Under the pieces are notes generated by a model that had not been told where the DNA came from, did not search any database, and saw nothing but the letters and a program-made list of their open reading frames with translations. A stretch of 64,000 bases of DNA from a virus, in IMG/VR virus record IMGVR_UViG_3300035183_000841, positions 1 through 64,000 of that record; one strand, given 5' to 3'. Made by a program: the position numbers and the translations under genes. Shown one piece after another: positions 36,737 through 47,026 of the stretch. Each line of letters opens with the position of its first letter. Position 1 is the stretch's first letter.

Positions 36737-37030
36737 ATGACACACGCATCGCCATGTCAAATCCATCGTTACCATAGTCCGCACGTCGTCGATACCGATG
36801 TGCATCATATCGTGCCTCTTTCCTGGGGTGGTCCCAACATCCCTTCTAACAAAGTTTCCATCTGCCCGACCGGGCACCGCAACGTGCATGAACTTCTACG
36901 TGAATACGCTGAGTTTGGTGGAACTCCGCCGTGGGAGATTAGATGTCGGTTCTCGGTGGCAGAGAGAGAACTCGCCCAGCGAGGATGGGATGGATACATA
37001 AAACTGGAAAATGAAATCTTGGCGCATTAA
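36737..37030 (+). CDS. HNH-family protein
   Basis: HHIVPLSWGG...N...C..GH..VH. Confidence 0.75.
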   Translation: MTHASPCQIHRYHSPHVVDTDVHHIVPLSWGGPNIPSNKVSICPTGHRNVHELLREYAEFGGTPPWEIRCRFSVAERELAQRGWDGYIKLENEILAH

Positions 37031-37039
37031 TCTGATTGC

Positions 37040-37933
37040 GTGCAGATATACTACCAGTCAACTTCTTTCTTAAGATTTACTATCATCGTAGATTCACAGC
37101 CCGCCGATGCAGACATCATCGCTGGGCAGTACCAGGTTTTCGCCACCGTTAAGAAAATCCCTGATGGCACCATCATCATCAGCGATGAGGCGACCGATCG
37201 TGAGTCGCTCGGTGTGTACCTGTTAACGCTCCCGCCGTCGAAGACATCGACGCTCGGGCGTTACCAGGTGACCTGGACGTATACCGTCTCCGGAGTCACG
37301 AACACGAGGACGACATTCTACGAGGTCGTCGTCGCTCATGTGACCGCATCGGAGATACGCTCTGAGGTTCCTGAGCTTGCGAACAAGACCGACGACGAAA
37401 TCTACCGGAAGGAACGACTGGCCAGGCAGATAATCGAGACGTACTGCAACCAGCGATTCACTTTCGAACTCGGGAAGACCTACAAGGTGCTCGGTACCGG
37501 CAGGAACACGCTCCTGCTTCCGAACCGGATCTTCACACTCACCAGCGTGAAGGCCGGCGCAGATACGGTTGAGGATATCACGGCATACGTCGAGATACAT
37601 GACGACTACCACCTAAGGTGGGCACAAGCCCCCTGGGGGGTAGATCTTGCAAGGGAGTTCTTCGATACCTATCTGTTCAAGAAGAATGAGGTATACCGGG
37701 TTACCGGTGATTGGGGGTGGCAGTACGTCCCCGAAGAGGTGAAGTTGGCCACGATATATCTAATCAAAGACTATTTCACCGACGATTACGTCCTCAGGCA
37801 ACATGGGATCATAAGTGCGAACATAGGAGATGAGTCTTACCGGTTCGCCGACGAGTTGTGGCCGAGCACGGGGAACGTTGATGTAGATGCGCTCCTGTCG
37901 AACTACGTCAGACCTCGCGTAGAGGTGATCTAG
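37040..37933 (+). CDS. Head-to-tail adaptor with N-terminal Ig-like domain
   Basis: IIETYCNQ.F, GDWGW..VP..V..A, STGN..VD.LL..Y. Confidence 0.75.
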   Translation: MQIYYQSTSFLRFTIIVDSQPADADIIAGQYQVFATVKKIPDGTIIISDEATDRESLGVYLLTLPPSKTSTLGRYQVTWTYTVSGVTNTRTTFYEVVVAHVTASEIRSEVPELANKTDDEIYRKERLARQIIETYCNQRFTFELGKTYKVLGTGRNTLLLPNRIFTLTSVKAGADTVEDITAYVEIHDDYHLRWAQAPWGVDLAREFFDTYLFKKNEVYRVTGDWGWQYVPEEVKLATIYLIKDYFTDDYVLRQHGIISANIGDESYRFADELWPSTGNVDVDALLSNYVRPRVEVI

Positions 37934-38284
37934 TTGAGGTCCTATACGCCGTACCCATTCCTCATCGATGTCTACAAGAAGACCATCGACTACGACGATT
38001 CCGGACAGAGCGTAGAGGTCTGGACGCTCGACAGGACGGTGAAGGTCAACTACATGCCGGCCCGAGGCGAGGAACGTCTCGTCGGGAGAGTGCAGAACCC
38101 ACACAGCTACACGATATGGACTGAAGATACCGATGTCTCGGTGACCGATCAGCTCCGGAATCTCCGCGATGCGGGTGGGAATCTCGTCGAGGAAGGGGCG
38201 CTGAATGTGATCTCGGTCAAGAAGTTCCCGAGGCTCGGCAAGGTCAGACATTGCGAAATCAACGCACAGGTGATACTTGACTGA
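37934..38284 (+). CDS. Head closure/stopper protein
   Basis: Size, position, beta-rich pattern. Confidence 0.65.
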   Translation: MRSYTPYPFLIDVYKKTIDYDDSGQSVEVWTLDRTVKVNYMPARGEERLVGRVQNPHSYTIWTEDTDVSVTDQLRNLRDAGGNLVEEGALNVISVKKFPRLGKVRHCEINAQVILD

Positions 38285-38898
38285 TGGCGAACTTCATCAT
38301 CAACAAGAGAACCAATGAAATCCTATACCGGGCGACCACCGGCCCCTTCAAGGGGACTTACGTCCGTATCAAGAATGCCGACATCCTGGGTAAAATCGCC
38401 AAAGCGAGCAACCTCACCACGAGGTATCTGGCCAGAGATGCCGCCAACGCTGCGTTCGATCTCTACGATTCGTGGTCACGTAGGATGCCGGAACCGGTGA
38501 AGGGTAAGTTCGTCATAGACGTTTCCCCTAGTTCAGACCAAAGATACCTCGTTCAAGCCACCGTCCTTCAAGAACCAGGTGAGAGACGACCGAAGAGTAG
38601 GGCCACCGTCTTCGTGGACAAATCCGGCAGGGTGATGCGCGGTAGGAGATACCGCAATCTACGCGAAGCTCCTTCGATCAGTCTTTACGTGGCTCGTGAA
38701 CTGCACATCGCACTCGAGGCGGCGATGGTTGAGGTGCAAGAGGCATCCAGAGAGCGTGTGCAGAGAACGATCAGAGAAGCCATGCAAGAGTTCGGTGTTA
38801 AGATGGGTGGCAGAATCCGTGCCCCCATAGGCGGGATCGAATTCGGCGGGAAATACTATAAGGGAGGACAATACCTACCCGTCAAACAATGGCGATAG
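38284..38898 (+). CDS. Basic neck/tail-completion protein
   Basis: Position; C-terminal RAP.GG...G..YKGGQYLP. Confidence 0.5.
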   Translation: MANFIINKRTNEILYRATTGPFKGTYVRIKNADILGKIAKASNLTTRYLARDAANAAFDLYDSWSRRMPEPVKGKFVIDVSPSSDQRYLVQATVLQEPGERRPKSRATVFVDKSGRVMRGRRYRNLREAPSISLYVARELHIALEAAMVEVQEASRERVQRTIREAMQEFGVKMGGRIRAPIGGIEFGGKYYKGGQYLPVKQWR

Positions 38899-39401
38899 TA
38901 AACAACAAGGTAAGCGCACTTCGCAAAAGGACATCGACGAAGTCATATTCGGTAGAGGTGAAGGTCAACAAGCCAGACTTCACCGAAGCCGTGTACATCC
39001 TCAACGATTACCTGATGTCCGATGCGCAACTGAAGAATCTGATGGGTGGTCCGTTCGTAATCCAACCTATGGTCATCGATGCTCCTTCCGGTGGGCCGAG
39101 CACCCCGTATATTAGGTACGTGTCCCTCCCCGCGATAGGCCCGATATGGAGGGTGAGAGCCGATATCGTCAGATACTACATAGGTAGTAAGAGCTATAAA
39201 GAATCTGGGAAGATCCAGGAAAGGTTGAAGGAGTTACTCATCGTAGATGACTCCCTCCCACCTTTCCCTCTGAAAAATGACAAATTCAAGATACAGTCGA
39301 TAGACTTCTTAGGCGGCACAGCCCCTACCGGCCCCGACCAGGAAGAAGGCGTGATGGAGCGTGGTGTGAACGTTGCGATAATATACACCGTGCTATCATG
39401 A
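38889..39401 (+). CDS. Tail terminator-like protein
   Basis: Position before major tail; PYIRY motif. Confidence 0.55.
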   Translation: MAIVNNKVSALRKRTSTKSYSVEVKVNKPDFTEAVYILNDYLMSDAQLKNLMGGPFVIQPMVIDAPSGGPSTPYIRYVSLPAIGPIWRVRADIVRYYIGSKSYKESGKIQERLKELLIVDDSLPPFPLKNDKFKIQSIDFLGGTAPTGPDQEEGVMERGVNVAIIYTVLS

Positions 39402-39457
39402 TATTGACTTTTAGATACTCACACGACAAACTATGATTGCCAAGGAGGTGAACCAGG

Positions 39458-39997
39458 ATAGCAGTCACAATCAACAACATCATCGTGGGTGCGGGGAACC
39501 TCTTCATTTCCGCCAAGAACGTTGCGCTTGAGAGCCTGAGCGCCGCTGCCCGTGAGCCGTATCACGTCGGGGCAACGGTTGATGGCGTGGAGATCGCATA
39601 TGAGCCGGATTACACGGATATCGTCGTAGACCAACTGAAGGACGCCGCCATCATCTTCCAGAACGGTTTCCGGGTGACGGTTAGGACCCAGCTCGCCGAA
39701 GCGACCCTCGCGAACCTGAAGATGGCATGGGGCATGCCGGACTCTGCGCTTACGTCCAACAAGCTCAGCATCGGCGTTCCGCCGGACGAGCCAACAGAGA
39801 GGAAGCTCCTCGTCATAGGACGCAACCCGCAGGACTTCGAGCGGAGGTACTTCGCACGTCGAGCGGTAGCTGTAGACACATCATCGCACATGCTCAGACG
39901 GGCCGAAGCGACGCTGTTCCCCGTCGCCTTCCGCCTCCTCGGCGATCCTGCATACACCGGCTCCGAGTACGGGTACATAGAAGACGCAACCTCATAA
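39458..39997 (+). CDS. Major tail (tube) protein, apparent ATA start
   Basis: AAGGAGGTG then ATA; NIIVGAG, VG.T..GVE..YEP, V.T.LAEATL.NL; terminator after. Confidence 0.85.
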   Translation: MAVTINNIIVGAGNLFISAKNVALESLSAAAREPYHVGATVDGVEIAYEPDYTDIVVDQLKDAAIIFQNGFRVTVRTQLAEATLANLKMAWGMPDSALTSNKLSIGVPPDEPTERKLLVIGRNPQDFERRYFARRAVAVDTSSHMLRRAEATLFPVAFRLLGDPAYTGSEYGYIEDATS

Positions 39998-40040
39998 CGG
40001 CACTCGGCTACCACTCCCTCCTTTCCCTCCCGAGTGCAAA

Positions 40041-40068
40041 GAAGGGGCGACCGCCCGGTCGCCCCTTC
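40041..40068 (+). terminator. Terminator hairpin
   Basis: GAAGGGGCGACC-GCCC-GGTCGCCCCTTC. Confidence 0.7.
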
Positions 40069-40238
40069 TCCTATGACCAGATTCGCTTTGGATGTTATCG
40101 GTGTGGATATCGGACATTTACCGGATGTATGTCAGCACTGACGCAACCTGGACTTTTCATCGCTGTTACTGCTAACATTAGATCGACGAATACAGCTGAG
40201 AGGGCCTCGAACAGGTCCGGCGAAGGAGGTTGTGTGTG

Positions 40239-40562
40239 ATGAGTAACAAAGATCATGTAGCAAGGATAGAGTCGGCTATCGAATTCGCCGACGGGAAGGT
40301 TCGAACGGTAAAACCACTCACAATCAAGTCTCTACGTAAGTTCGTCAAGGTTATCGAGGGCCTTAACGTCGGCCCTGATACGCCGATGACCGATGAGACG
40401 ATCGACAAGATGGTAGAAGCGGCTACGATAGCGCTGGAGCAGATTGACCCAGAGCTCGCCCGCGACAAAGAGGCGGTGGAGTCTGCCCTGGATATGGACG
40501 TTTTCCAGAAACTCATGACGGTGGCGATGGGTAATCGCCTGATGGACCCAAATCAAGGGTAG
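40239..40562 (+). CDS. Tail assembly chaperone (gpG-like)
   Basis: KPL.I..LRKF; between major tail and tape measure. Confidence 0.8.
   Translation: MSNKDHVARIESAIEFADGKVRTVKPLTIKSLRKFVKVIEGLNVGPDTPMTDETIDKMVEAATIALEQIDPELARDKEAVESALDMDVFQKLMTVAMGNRLMDPNQG
40547..40553 (+). other. -1 programmed frameshift site C-CCA-AAT
   Basis: X-XXY-YYZ heptamer; the -1 frame is open to 40876. Confidence 0.8.
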
Positions 40563-40876
40563 AGGGGGGAGGAACGAAGTTCGAGGACATCCCGCTAGCG
40601 AAGTTCGAATCGGAGGTCTTCTGCGAGGTCGGGGCGTGGAAGAACTATGAAGAACTCGAGGAATATATGACCATGGATGAGCTTTTCCTGGCTTATGAAG
40701 CAGCTGCGGAACGCCAGAAGCGGCTCATGAAAGTCGTGGCTGCTGCACTTGGAGCGCCCTACGACGAAGGTAGTTCTTCTTCAGAGTCTTCCGGATACCC
40801 CCCGGGAACGTTCGTTGATGACAAGGGCAACGTGGCACAACTATTCGGTTACAGGAAGGTGGACAAGATTGAATAG
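40547..40876 (+). CDS. Frameshifted extension of tail chaperone (gpGT-like)
   Basis: ...LAKFESEVF...G.WKNYEELEE.MTMDEL. Confidence 0.75.
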   Translation, partial: PKSRVEGGGTKFEDIPLAKFESEVFCEVGAWKNYEELEEYMTMDELFLAYEAAAERQKRLMKVVAAALGAPYDEGSSSSESSGYPPGTFVDDKGNVAQLFGYRKVDKIE

Positions 40877-43800
40877 GCCGGTCATCGGCCACACGCAATC
40901 CGGCAAACCGGTATATCCGATAGCCGGAGGAGCGGTATCGGATAACCAGATTACGGTCGAGGTCCAGTTCTCTGCGGATCTCGGTAACCTTGAGCACGCA
41001 CTCAGAACAGCCAACGCTCAACTGAACCAGTTGTCCATGACCAATGCGAGGGTCATGCAGACGACCGGCAAACTCTTGCCCACCCTTTCCGACCAGATCC
41101 TCGTCCTAAAGGCATTGGCTTCTGAGGGAGACAAGACAGCGAAGACACTTATAGATGTTGCCCACTCTCAGGGAGCCTTTTATACCGCCTTCTCGGGTAA
41201 CGTCAAACAGAACCTGGCAGCTCTATTCAGGAGCAGGACTTCTTACAAAGAGTTCACCAAGCAACTCCAAGCGGACTTCGCGAGAACTGCAGTCATCAGC
41301 AACCAGGCCGGGCAAGCGCTCACGACGGTTGCCGACGATATAGCTCTTCGGTACCGGCTGATGGGCCAGGTCATGGTCGAGAACATCGACCGTGCCGCCA
41401 CGAAGATGATCACGCTGGGTAAACAGGCCCAGTGGGTTGGTCGTCAGCTCATCGTCGGTGTAACCGCTCCCGTCACCGCCGCCTTCTACATGCTGAGCAG
41501 AGAAGCCCTGCAATTGTCCAGGGCAGAAACGGAACTCGTCAAGTTCATGATGGGGACCGGTGAAAGCGCTTCCGAGGTGGCTGCGCGCATCAAGAAGGAG
41601 CTTATACCGCAACTTCAGCAAGTCTCGGTAGAACTTGGCGTTGCACAAGAAGAGACCGTCAACCTGGCGGCTTCGTGGGTTGCAGCCGGTTTCGATAATG
41701 AAGCCTTGCTCGTTCAGATAACCAAACTTACAGAGCAACTCGCAGCTCTGACCCAAGGCGACCTCGAACTGGCTGATGCTCAGGAACTCGTTAGGTCAAT
41801 CATGGCTACCTTCTTCGACCAGACCGAAGAAGGGGTGAGACAAACCGAGGAGGCGCTGCACCAGCTCCAGCTCATCCAATCAATCACTTCGCTGCAGATG
41901 GCTGACATGGCCAAAGCGTTGCCGCTCGTATCGTCGGTGGCGAAGACACTTAGTCTGAGTGTATCCGAGATTGCAGCGATGCTGGCCGGTATGCGCCAGC
42001 TCGGTGTGCAGGCTCCGGTAGCGGCGAACGCATTGAAGTTCGGACTAGCGAGACTGGTTGAACCTACTGAAGAAGCGAAAGCATCATGGGAGGCCCTCAC
42101 AGGCACCGATCTCGGCAAGATCCTGTTCGAGGGTGGCGAACCGCGAGGGCTAGCCGCCCTTCGCGACATCTTCAACATCCTTTCGAAGCTGAACTCAGAG
42201 CAAAGGACCCAGATGGCTGCGCTGCTGTTCGGTGCCCGGCAGTATGACCGATTCCTGAAACTCATACAGGCGATGAAGGACCCAACGTCCGACTTCGCCA
42301 AGGCCATGCTCGCCGTGCAAGACCAGACGAAGGCCGACTCTTTCTGGCAGGAGCAGCTGAACGCCGTCCTCGATTCCGCAGTGAAGAAATGGGAGCGGTT
42401 CAAGGTTCAGATCCAGGTATTCGCGGCTAGACTTGGTGAGATAGTCCTCCCCCAGATGGAGAAGGTCATCAAGGGGTTCCTCAGGATGCTCGAAGTCATC
42501 GACAAGCTGCCAGATTCGGTGAAGAGGCTTGCCGTGACCATAGCTTCACTCGCCGCCGCGATGGGTCCGCTCATCTACTCCATGGCGTTCATCAAACAGA
42601 TCATCCCGGGCAACATCATCAAGATCCCTGCGTTCATCGGCAGGAAGATATTCGGTGTTCGTGGCGTCGAAGCTCCTGAAGCTACAGTTCCCGGGATAGC
42701 TGGTTTGGTCCTTGAGGGCGTACCCTTGCTCGGACAGCCGATCACTGCAGCAGAACTAACGATAGCTAAAGAGATGCAAGTTAGAGAGATAGCCAAAAAA
42801 CTTGCATCTGCAGTGCCTGGAGCGAATATCTCGCGGAAGATCTTCGAACTTCCGACCAGCACGTTGGTTGCTGCTGCTGGAGGCAAAGCACTCACTAAAG
42901 AAGAACTTAGGCCATTAGCATATACCCTCTTTAGGGAGACTGAGTCTGGCAAGAAGGTGATGCTTTCATACAACAAGATAAAAGAAGCGCTTGGCATCAC
43001 CATAGCTGAGGCTACATCGTCAGGGATAGCCTCAGGCGCGACCGCAGCGGCAACCACGAAGAAAGGCTTTTTCAACAGCATACGATCTGTGTTCAGTACC
43101 GCCACTGCTGCGGGGATGGAAGACGCGACGAAGAACCGCACGTTCATAGGCAGATTCTTCGCCAACATGCAGAGCGGATTCAGGGGTCTATTCGGAAGTT
43201 TCGAGACGAACGTTGTCGCTGGTACTGGCGCTCAAGGCGCAGGGAGATTCGCTAAGATACTGCTCCAATTCACTTCTGCTTTACCGAAGATAATCCTACT
43301 TGTCACGGTAGCGATCGGCGTGATGGCGCACTGGCGCCAGATATGGGAAGGACTTGCCCCTTCGATCACCAAGGTGATCAAGATCCTCTCCGGAACCTTC
43401 ACGAGGATAGCCGAGACAATCACGAGAGCCATCAAGGGGGCCGGTGACGGAGCGAAATCAACCAAAGAGATTTGGGTCGAGTTCGGCCAAGTTGTCGGAA
43501 TGATGTTGGAGGGGATTGCGAAAAGAATCGACGAACTCTCCAAAGCCTTTGGACCACTCATCGGGTGGTTCGTCCGTATCGGTAAGGTCGCATTCGAAGC
43601 CATAGCTCCTATATTCAACTTGCTCTCCGGCGATTTCAAGGGGTTCATCACCGGCATCACCAGGGCCGGGAAGGGTATCGATGCTATCACCCGATCCATC
43701 GGCTACATGGTGGCCATCCTCACGGTCGCATACACCGCTTGGAGGGTTTACAACAGTCAACTTGTTCAAGCAACACTTGGCACGTTCGGGTTAACGGAGG

Positions 43801-46604
43801 CAACGGTAAGTCTCGGTACTGCCTTGAAGGGCCTCAATTTCTCAGGATGGTTGGCGATGTTCAGCTTGGTAGCGGCCGGGATCGAGTTGATCATCAACCT
43901 GTTCCATAAGAACGACCAGACCGCACAAGAACTCGCAAAAAGTCTATCTGAACTCACTGACGAGTTCGCTGATTTCATCAACAAAGCCAAGCAGCTCACC
44001 TCAGAAGATGATCTATCACAGTTCGCAGAACTAGCGGCTCAACAGTTCGACACCCTCAAGAAGAAGATCGGTGATCTCGCAGTTGAGTTCGGAAAACTCA
44101 GACCAGTCCCGCCACTTATGGATCGGGTCATCGCAGCGACAAACGTCTTGATCCCGCTTATGGCCGATCTTAATGAACTTACTGCTGATCAGCTCAAGAT
44201 TACGCAAGATGTTTTCGCACAGAAACTCAAAGAGGTCGGCCTTGAGAGGCGGATGACAGCCGAGATTATCAATGAGCTCAAACTTCGCAGAGCAGCACTT
44301 ATCGCTCAGAGAGATGAGATCGTTAAGAATGCACAAGCCTCTATCTATGATGACGAAAGTAGATCCAAGTTCACCGGTGAGGTACTGAAGAAGCAACTAT
44401 CATTCATAGATAGCCAACTCGATCAAATCGATAAACTCCTCGAAGAGCAGAACATCAAACTGCAACGCTTGAACATCCTGTTGCCAGTCTTCACGAGGCT
44501 GAACAAGACAGCGTTCGAAAGCGCTTGGGCTGATAAGTTCAACGAGTCCATATCTTCGACATATTCACTGCTTGATAAGGCGAAGTTCGCCATCGAAGGT
44601 ATGGGAGGAGCCGCCGATAAGACGAAGAAGAGCATGGAGGATCTCAAGGATACCCTTGCGAATCAGCTCGGCGATGTGATTGACCGGTTCGTATCTGCCG
44701 TCCTGGAGTCTTTCGATAGGCAGACCGAGTCCATGGTCGATGCCATGCAGGCCAGGATAGACAAGGTTTCGGAGTTCTACGACAAACAGATCGAGAAGAT
44801 TAATGAACTGAACGACAAAGAGGACTGGCTCCAACAGCAGAGGGAGTACCGCCAGCGCCGGGAAGAGCTGCTTCGTCAGATGGAACTCAACTCCGCCATC
44901 GCCGCACTGGAACGCCGCAAGGCCATCGCGATGGGCCAGTTCGACGAAGCGAAACTCATCTCCCTGCGCGCACAAGCCGACCGTGAGGCTTCTGAGCGAC
45001 AGCTCAAGGAACTCGATGAACAACACAAACGTGATGTCATCCGCAGGCAGCGCGAGTTGCGCATCAAGGAACTCCAGGCGGAGAAGGAACGCAAGGTTGC
45101 CCTCCTCGAAGCGCAGCAGGAACAACTACAGAAGATGCGGGATGCCCAGCGAACAGTCCTGCAGAACATGCTCGATGACCTCACTGAGTTCGGTGCTCGC
45201 AACAAGAAAGAGTGGATGAATCTCAGGGATGAGATCCTCAAACTCGTCGACAACTACGGCATCAACCTGAACGAGATCAACAAGACCCATATGGAGGTAT
45301 TCGGGCGCAACCTGGCTCAAGAGTTGCGCGATGCCTTCCATGATGCGCAGATAGAAGCATCTCGAAGTGCCGAACAGACAGGCAAGACGATCGGCAACTC
45401 ATTGGCCGAAGGTGTGTCGCAGAGCGAGGCGTTGAAGAAAGTCGATGAGATGTTCCAGAAGGTCAAAGAGTACGAACAGCGCATCAGGATGCTCAAGGCC
45501 AAGGGGATACTCGATGAGGCAACCGCAACCCAGTTGTGGAACAAAACACTGGCCGGCATCAAGAAAGACATATACGAATTAACCCATCAGACATTCCACA
45601 CAGGTGGCTTCGTTGGTGGCCGTGGAGAGGTTCCGGCCATACTCGAAAGCGGAGAATACGTCCTCCGTAAAGAAGCAGTTCAAGCCATCGGCAAGGCGCG
45701 GCTCGATCAGATAAACGACAACGAGCCGAGACGATACCACTTCGGTGGCTTGGTGAGAGCTTCATCTGCATATCTCACTTCAGGTATCGGTCAGATGATG
45801 AGCCTGTTCGGGTTCTCCGCCGGGCAGAGGATCGGGACCGGACTTGGCGTATACCTCATCAAAGCTCTGGTCGAGAATATCGCCGCGAGAGCTGGTGAGG
45901 CAGTGAAAAATGTTGCAGTGCAAACGTTCAAGGGGAGGGGGCCGTTCAGGACGTTCCCTATCGCTGGAACGAGGAATTACAGTTACTCCGATACGTTCGG
46001 CGCACCAAGACCTGGCGGTAGGACGCACCAAGGTATCGACATCATCGCACCGATGGGCACGCCGGTGGTCGCTACCTTCCCGGGGTTCATAGAGAGGGTA
46101 CCGAACGAACTCGGTGGACTTGCGGTTCATGTAAGAGGCTCGAGGGGTTACACGTACAATGCTCACTTCAGTAAGTATGGCAAGTCCGGTAGGGTAGGAA
46201 CAGGGGATGTCATCGGATACGTGGGGCAGACCGGTAATGCCAAGTATTCGGTGCCTCACCTCCACTTCGAGTGGCACCCCAACAACGGCCCAGCAGTCGA
46301 CCCGTACCAGTATCTGAGAGCCGTTGACCCGAAACTGAACCCGAAGATGCACACCGGCGGTATCGTGAGGTTCAACACCCCAGCCATGCTTCACTCAGGA
46401 GAGACGGTCATCCCGGCAAGCGTGACGAAGGCTCTGTCTCGTGCAGGTAGCCAGCCTCCTGTGGTGAACGTGAACGTGACGATTGAGGGTGACATCTACG
46501 GAGACGAGAACTCTTACCGCAGGCTCTATGAAACGCTCGAGCGGGTCGGTAACAAGGTTGCACGGCAAAGGGGGGTGGATAACGTCTACCTGACGATCGG
46601 TTAA
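40869..46604 (+). CDS. Tape measure protein with C-terminal M23 peptidase
   Basis: About 1910 aa, helical/coiled-coil; HQGID...HLHFE; FHTGG repeats; start re-called at TTG. Confidence 0.92.
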   Translation: MNRPVIGHTQSGKPVYPIAGGAVSDNQITVEVQFSADLGNLEHALRTANAQLNQLSMTNARVMQTTGKLLPTLSDQILVLKALASEGDKTAKTLIDVAHSQGAFYTAFSGNVKQNLAALFRSRTSYKEFTKQLQADFARTAVISNQAGQALTTVADDIALRYRLMGQVMVENIDRAATKMITLGKQAQWVGRQLIVGVTAPVTAAFYMLSREALQLSRAETELVKFMMGTGESASEVAARIKKELIPQLQQVSVELGVAQEETVNLAASWVAAGFDNEALLVQITKLTEQLAALTQGDLELADAQELVRSIMATFFDQTEEGVRQTEEALHQLQLIQSITSLQMADMAKALPLVSSVAKTLSLSVSEIAAMLAGMRQLGVQAPVAANALKFGLARLVEPTEEAKASWEALTGTDLGKILFEGGEPRGLAALRDIFNILSKLNSEQRTQMAALLFGARQYDRFLKLIQAMKDPTSDFAKAMLAVQDQTKADSFWQEQLNAVLDSAVKKWERFKVQIQVFAARLGEIVLPQMEKVIKGFLRMLEVIDKLPDSVKRLAVTIASLAAAMGPLIYSMAFIKQIIPGNIIKIPAFIGRKIFGVRGVEAPEATVPGIAGLVLEGVPLLGQPITAAELTIAKEMQVREIAKKLASAVPGANISRKIFELPTSTLVAAAGGKALTKEELRPLAYTLFRETESGKKVMLSYNKIKEALGITIAEATSSGIASGATAAATTKKGFFNSIRSVFSTATAAGMEDATKNRTFIGRFFANMQSGFRGLFGSFETNVVAGTGAQGAGRFAKILLQFTSALPKIILLVTVAIGVMAHWRQIWEGLAPSITKVIKILSGTFTRIAETITRAIKGAGDGAKSTKEIWVEFGQVVGMMLEGIAKRIDELSKAFGPLIGWFVRIGKVAFEAIAPIFNLLSGDFKGFITGITRAGKGIDAITRSIGYMVAILTVAYTAWRVYNSQLVQATLGTFGLTEATVSLGTALKGLNFSGWLAMFSLVAAGIELIINLFHKNDQTAQELAKSLSELTDEFADFINKAKQLTSEDDLSQFAELAAQQFDTLKKKIGDLAVEFGKLRPVPPLMDRVIAATNVLIPLMADLNELTADQLKITQDVFAQKLKEVGLERRMTAEIINELKLRRAALIAQRDEIVKNAQASIYDDESRSKFTGEVLKKQLSFIDSQLDQIDKLLEEQNIKLQRLNILLPVFTRLNKTAFESAWADKFNESISSTYSLLDKAKFAIEGMGGAADKTKKSMEDLKDTLANQLGDVIDRFVSAVLESFDRQTESMVDAMQARIDKVSEFYDKQIEKINELNDKEDWLQQQREYRQRREELLRQMELNSAIAALERRKAIAMGQFDEAKLISLRAQADREASERQLKELDEQHKRDVIRRQRELRIKELQAEKERKVALLEAQQEQLQKMRDAQRTVLQNMLDDLTEFGARNKKEWMNLRDEILKLVDNYGINLNEINKTHMEVFGRNLAQELRDAFHDAQIEASRSAEQTGKTIGNSLAEGVSQSEALKKVDEMFQKVKEYEQRIRMLKAKGILDEATATQLWNKTLAGIKKDIYELTHQTFHTGGFVGGRGEVPAILESGEYVLRKEAVQAIGKARLDQINDNEPRRYHFGGLVRASSAYLTSGIGQMMSLFGFSAGQRIGTGLGVYLIKALVENIAARAGEAVKNVAVQTFKGRGPFRTFPIAGTRNYSYSDTFGAPRPGGRTHQGIDIIAPMGTPVVATFPGFIERVPNELGGLAVHVRGSRGYTYNAHFSKYGKSGRVGTGDVIGYVGQTGNAKYSVPHLHFEWHPNNGPAVDPYQYLRAVDPKLNPKMHTGGIVRFNTPAMLHSGETVIPASVTKALSRAGSQPPVVNVNVTIEGDIYGDENSYRRLYETLERVGNKVARQRGVDNVYLTIG

Positions 46605-46606
46605 CC

Positions 46607-47023
46607 ATGGCCATATCACTTCCCAAGGGATCACTGATAACGATCAACTCCACACAACTGAGCGAGCACAACAGAAGTGCGATGCAGTTGCAGCGGGAGA
46701 TATTGAAGTCCGACCAGAGAACGGTCACTGGCGTGATGCGTAGGTATTTCATCGGCCAGAAACGCCGGATAGCGATATCGTGGGAACGGCTACCCGCACT
46801 CGACAGCCAGACCGTAGATGGGAAGACCGGTAGGAATTCGCTGAAAGCCCTCTACGAAGCTAACATCGGCAATACTGTGACGGTATCCTATTACGAGGTT
46901 GACTCTAACAACAATCAGACGCAGGTGACGTTTACCGGATTCATCGATTCATATGAAGAGACGCTGCTGAAACGCTACAGTTCTCAGCTTTGGGACGTGA
47001 GTATAACCTTAGTGGAGCAGTGA
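46607..47023 (+). CDS. Distal tail-like minor tail protein
   Basis: LSEHNRS, R..G.MRRY, WDVSITLVE; follows tape measure. Confidence 0.7.
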   Translation: MAISLPKGSLITINSTQLSEHNRSAMQLQREILKSDQRTVTGVMRRYFIGQKRRIAISWERLPALDSQTVDGKTGRNSLKALYEANIGNTVTVSYYEVDSNNNQTQVTFTGFIDSYEETLLKRYSSQLWDVSITLVEQ

Positions 47024-47026
47024 TGT

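Noticed and set aside
40207-40222. Third LexA-like box (TCGAACAGGTCCGGCG)
   Set aside because: Right half-site does not match
40749-40868. Tape measure start given by the ORF track
   Set aside because: Overlaps the frameshifted chaperone by over 120 nt; TTG 40869 has an SD-like sequence and a typical short overlap
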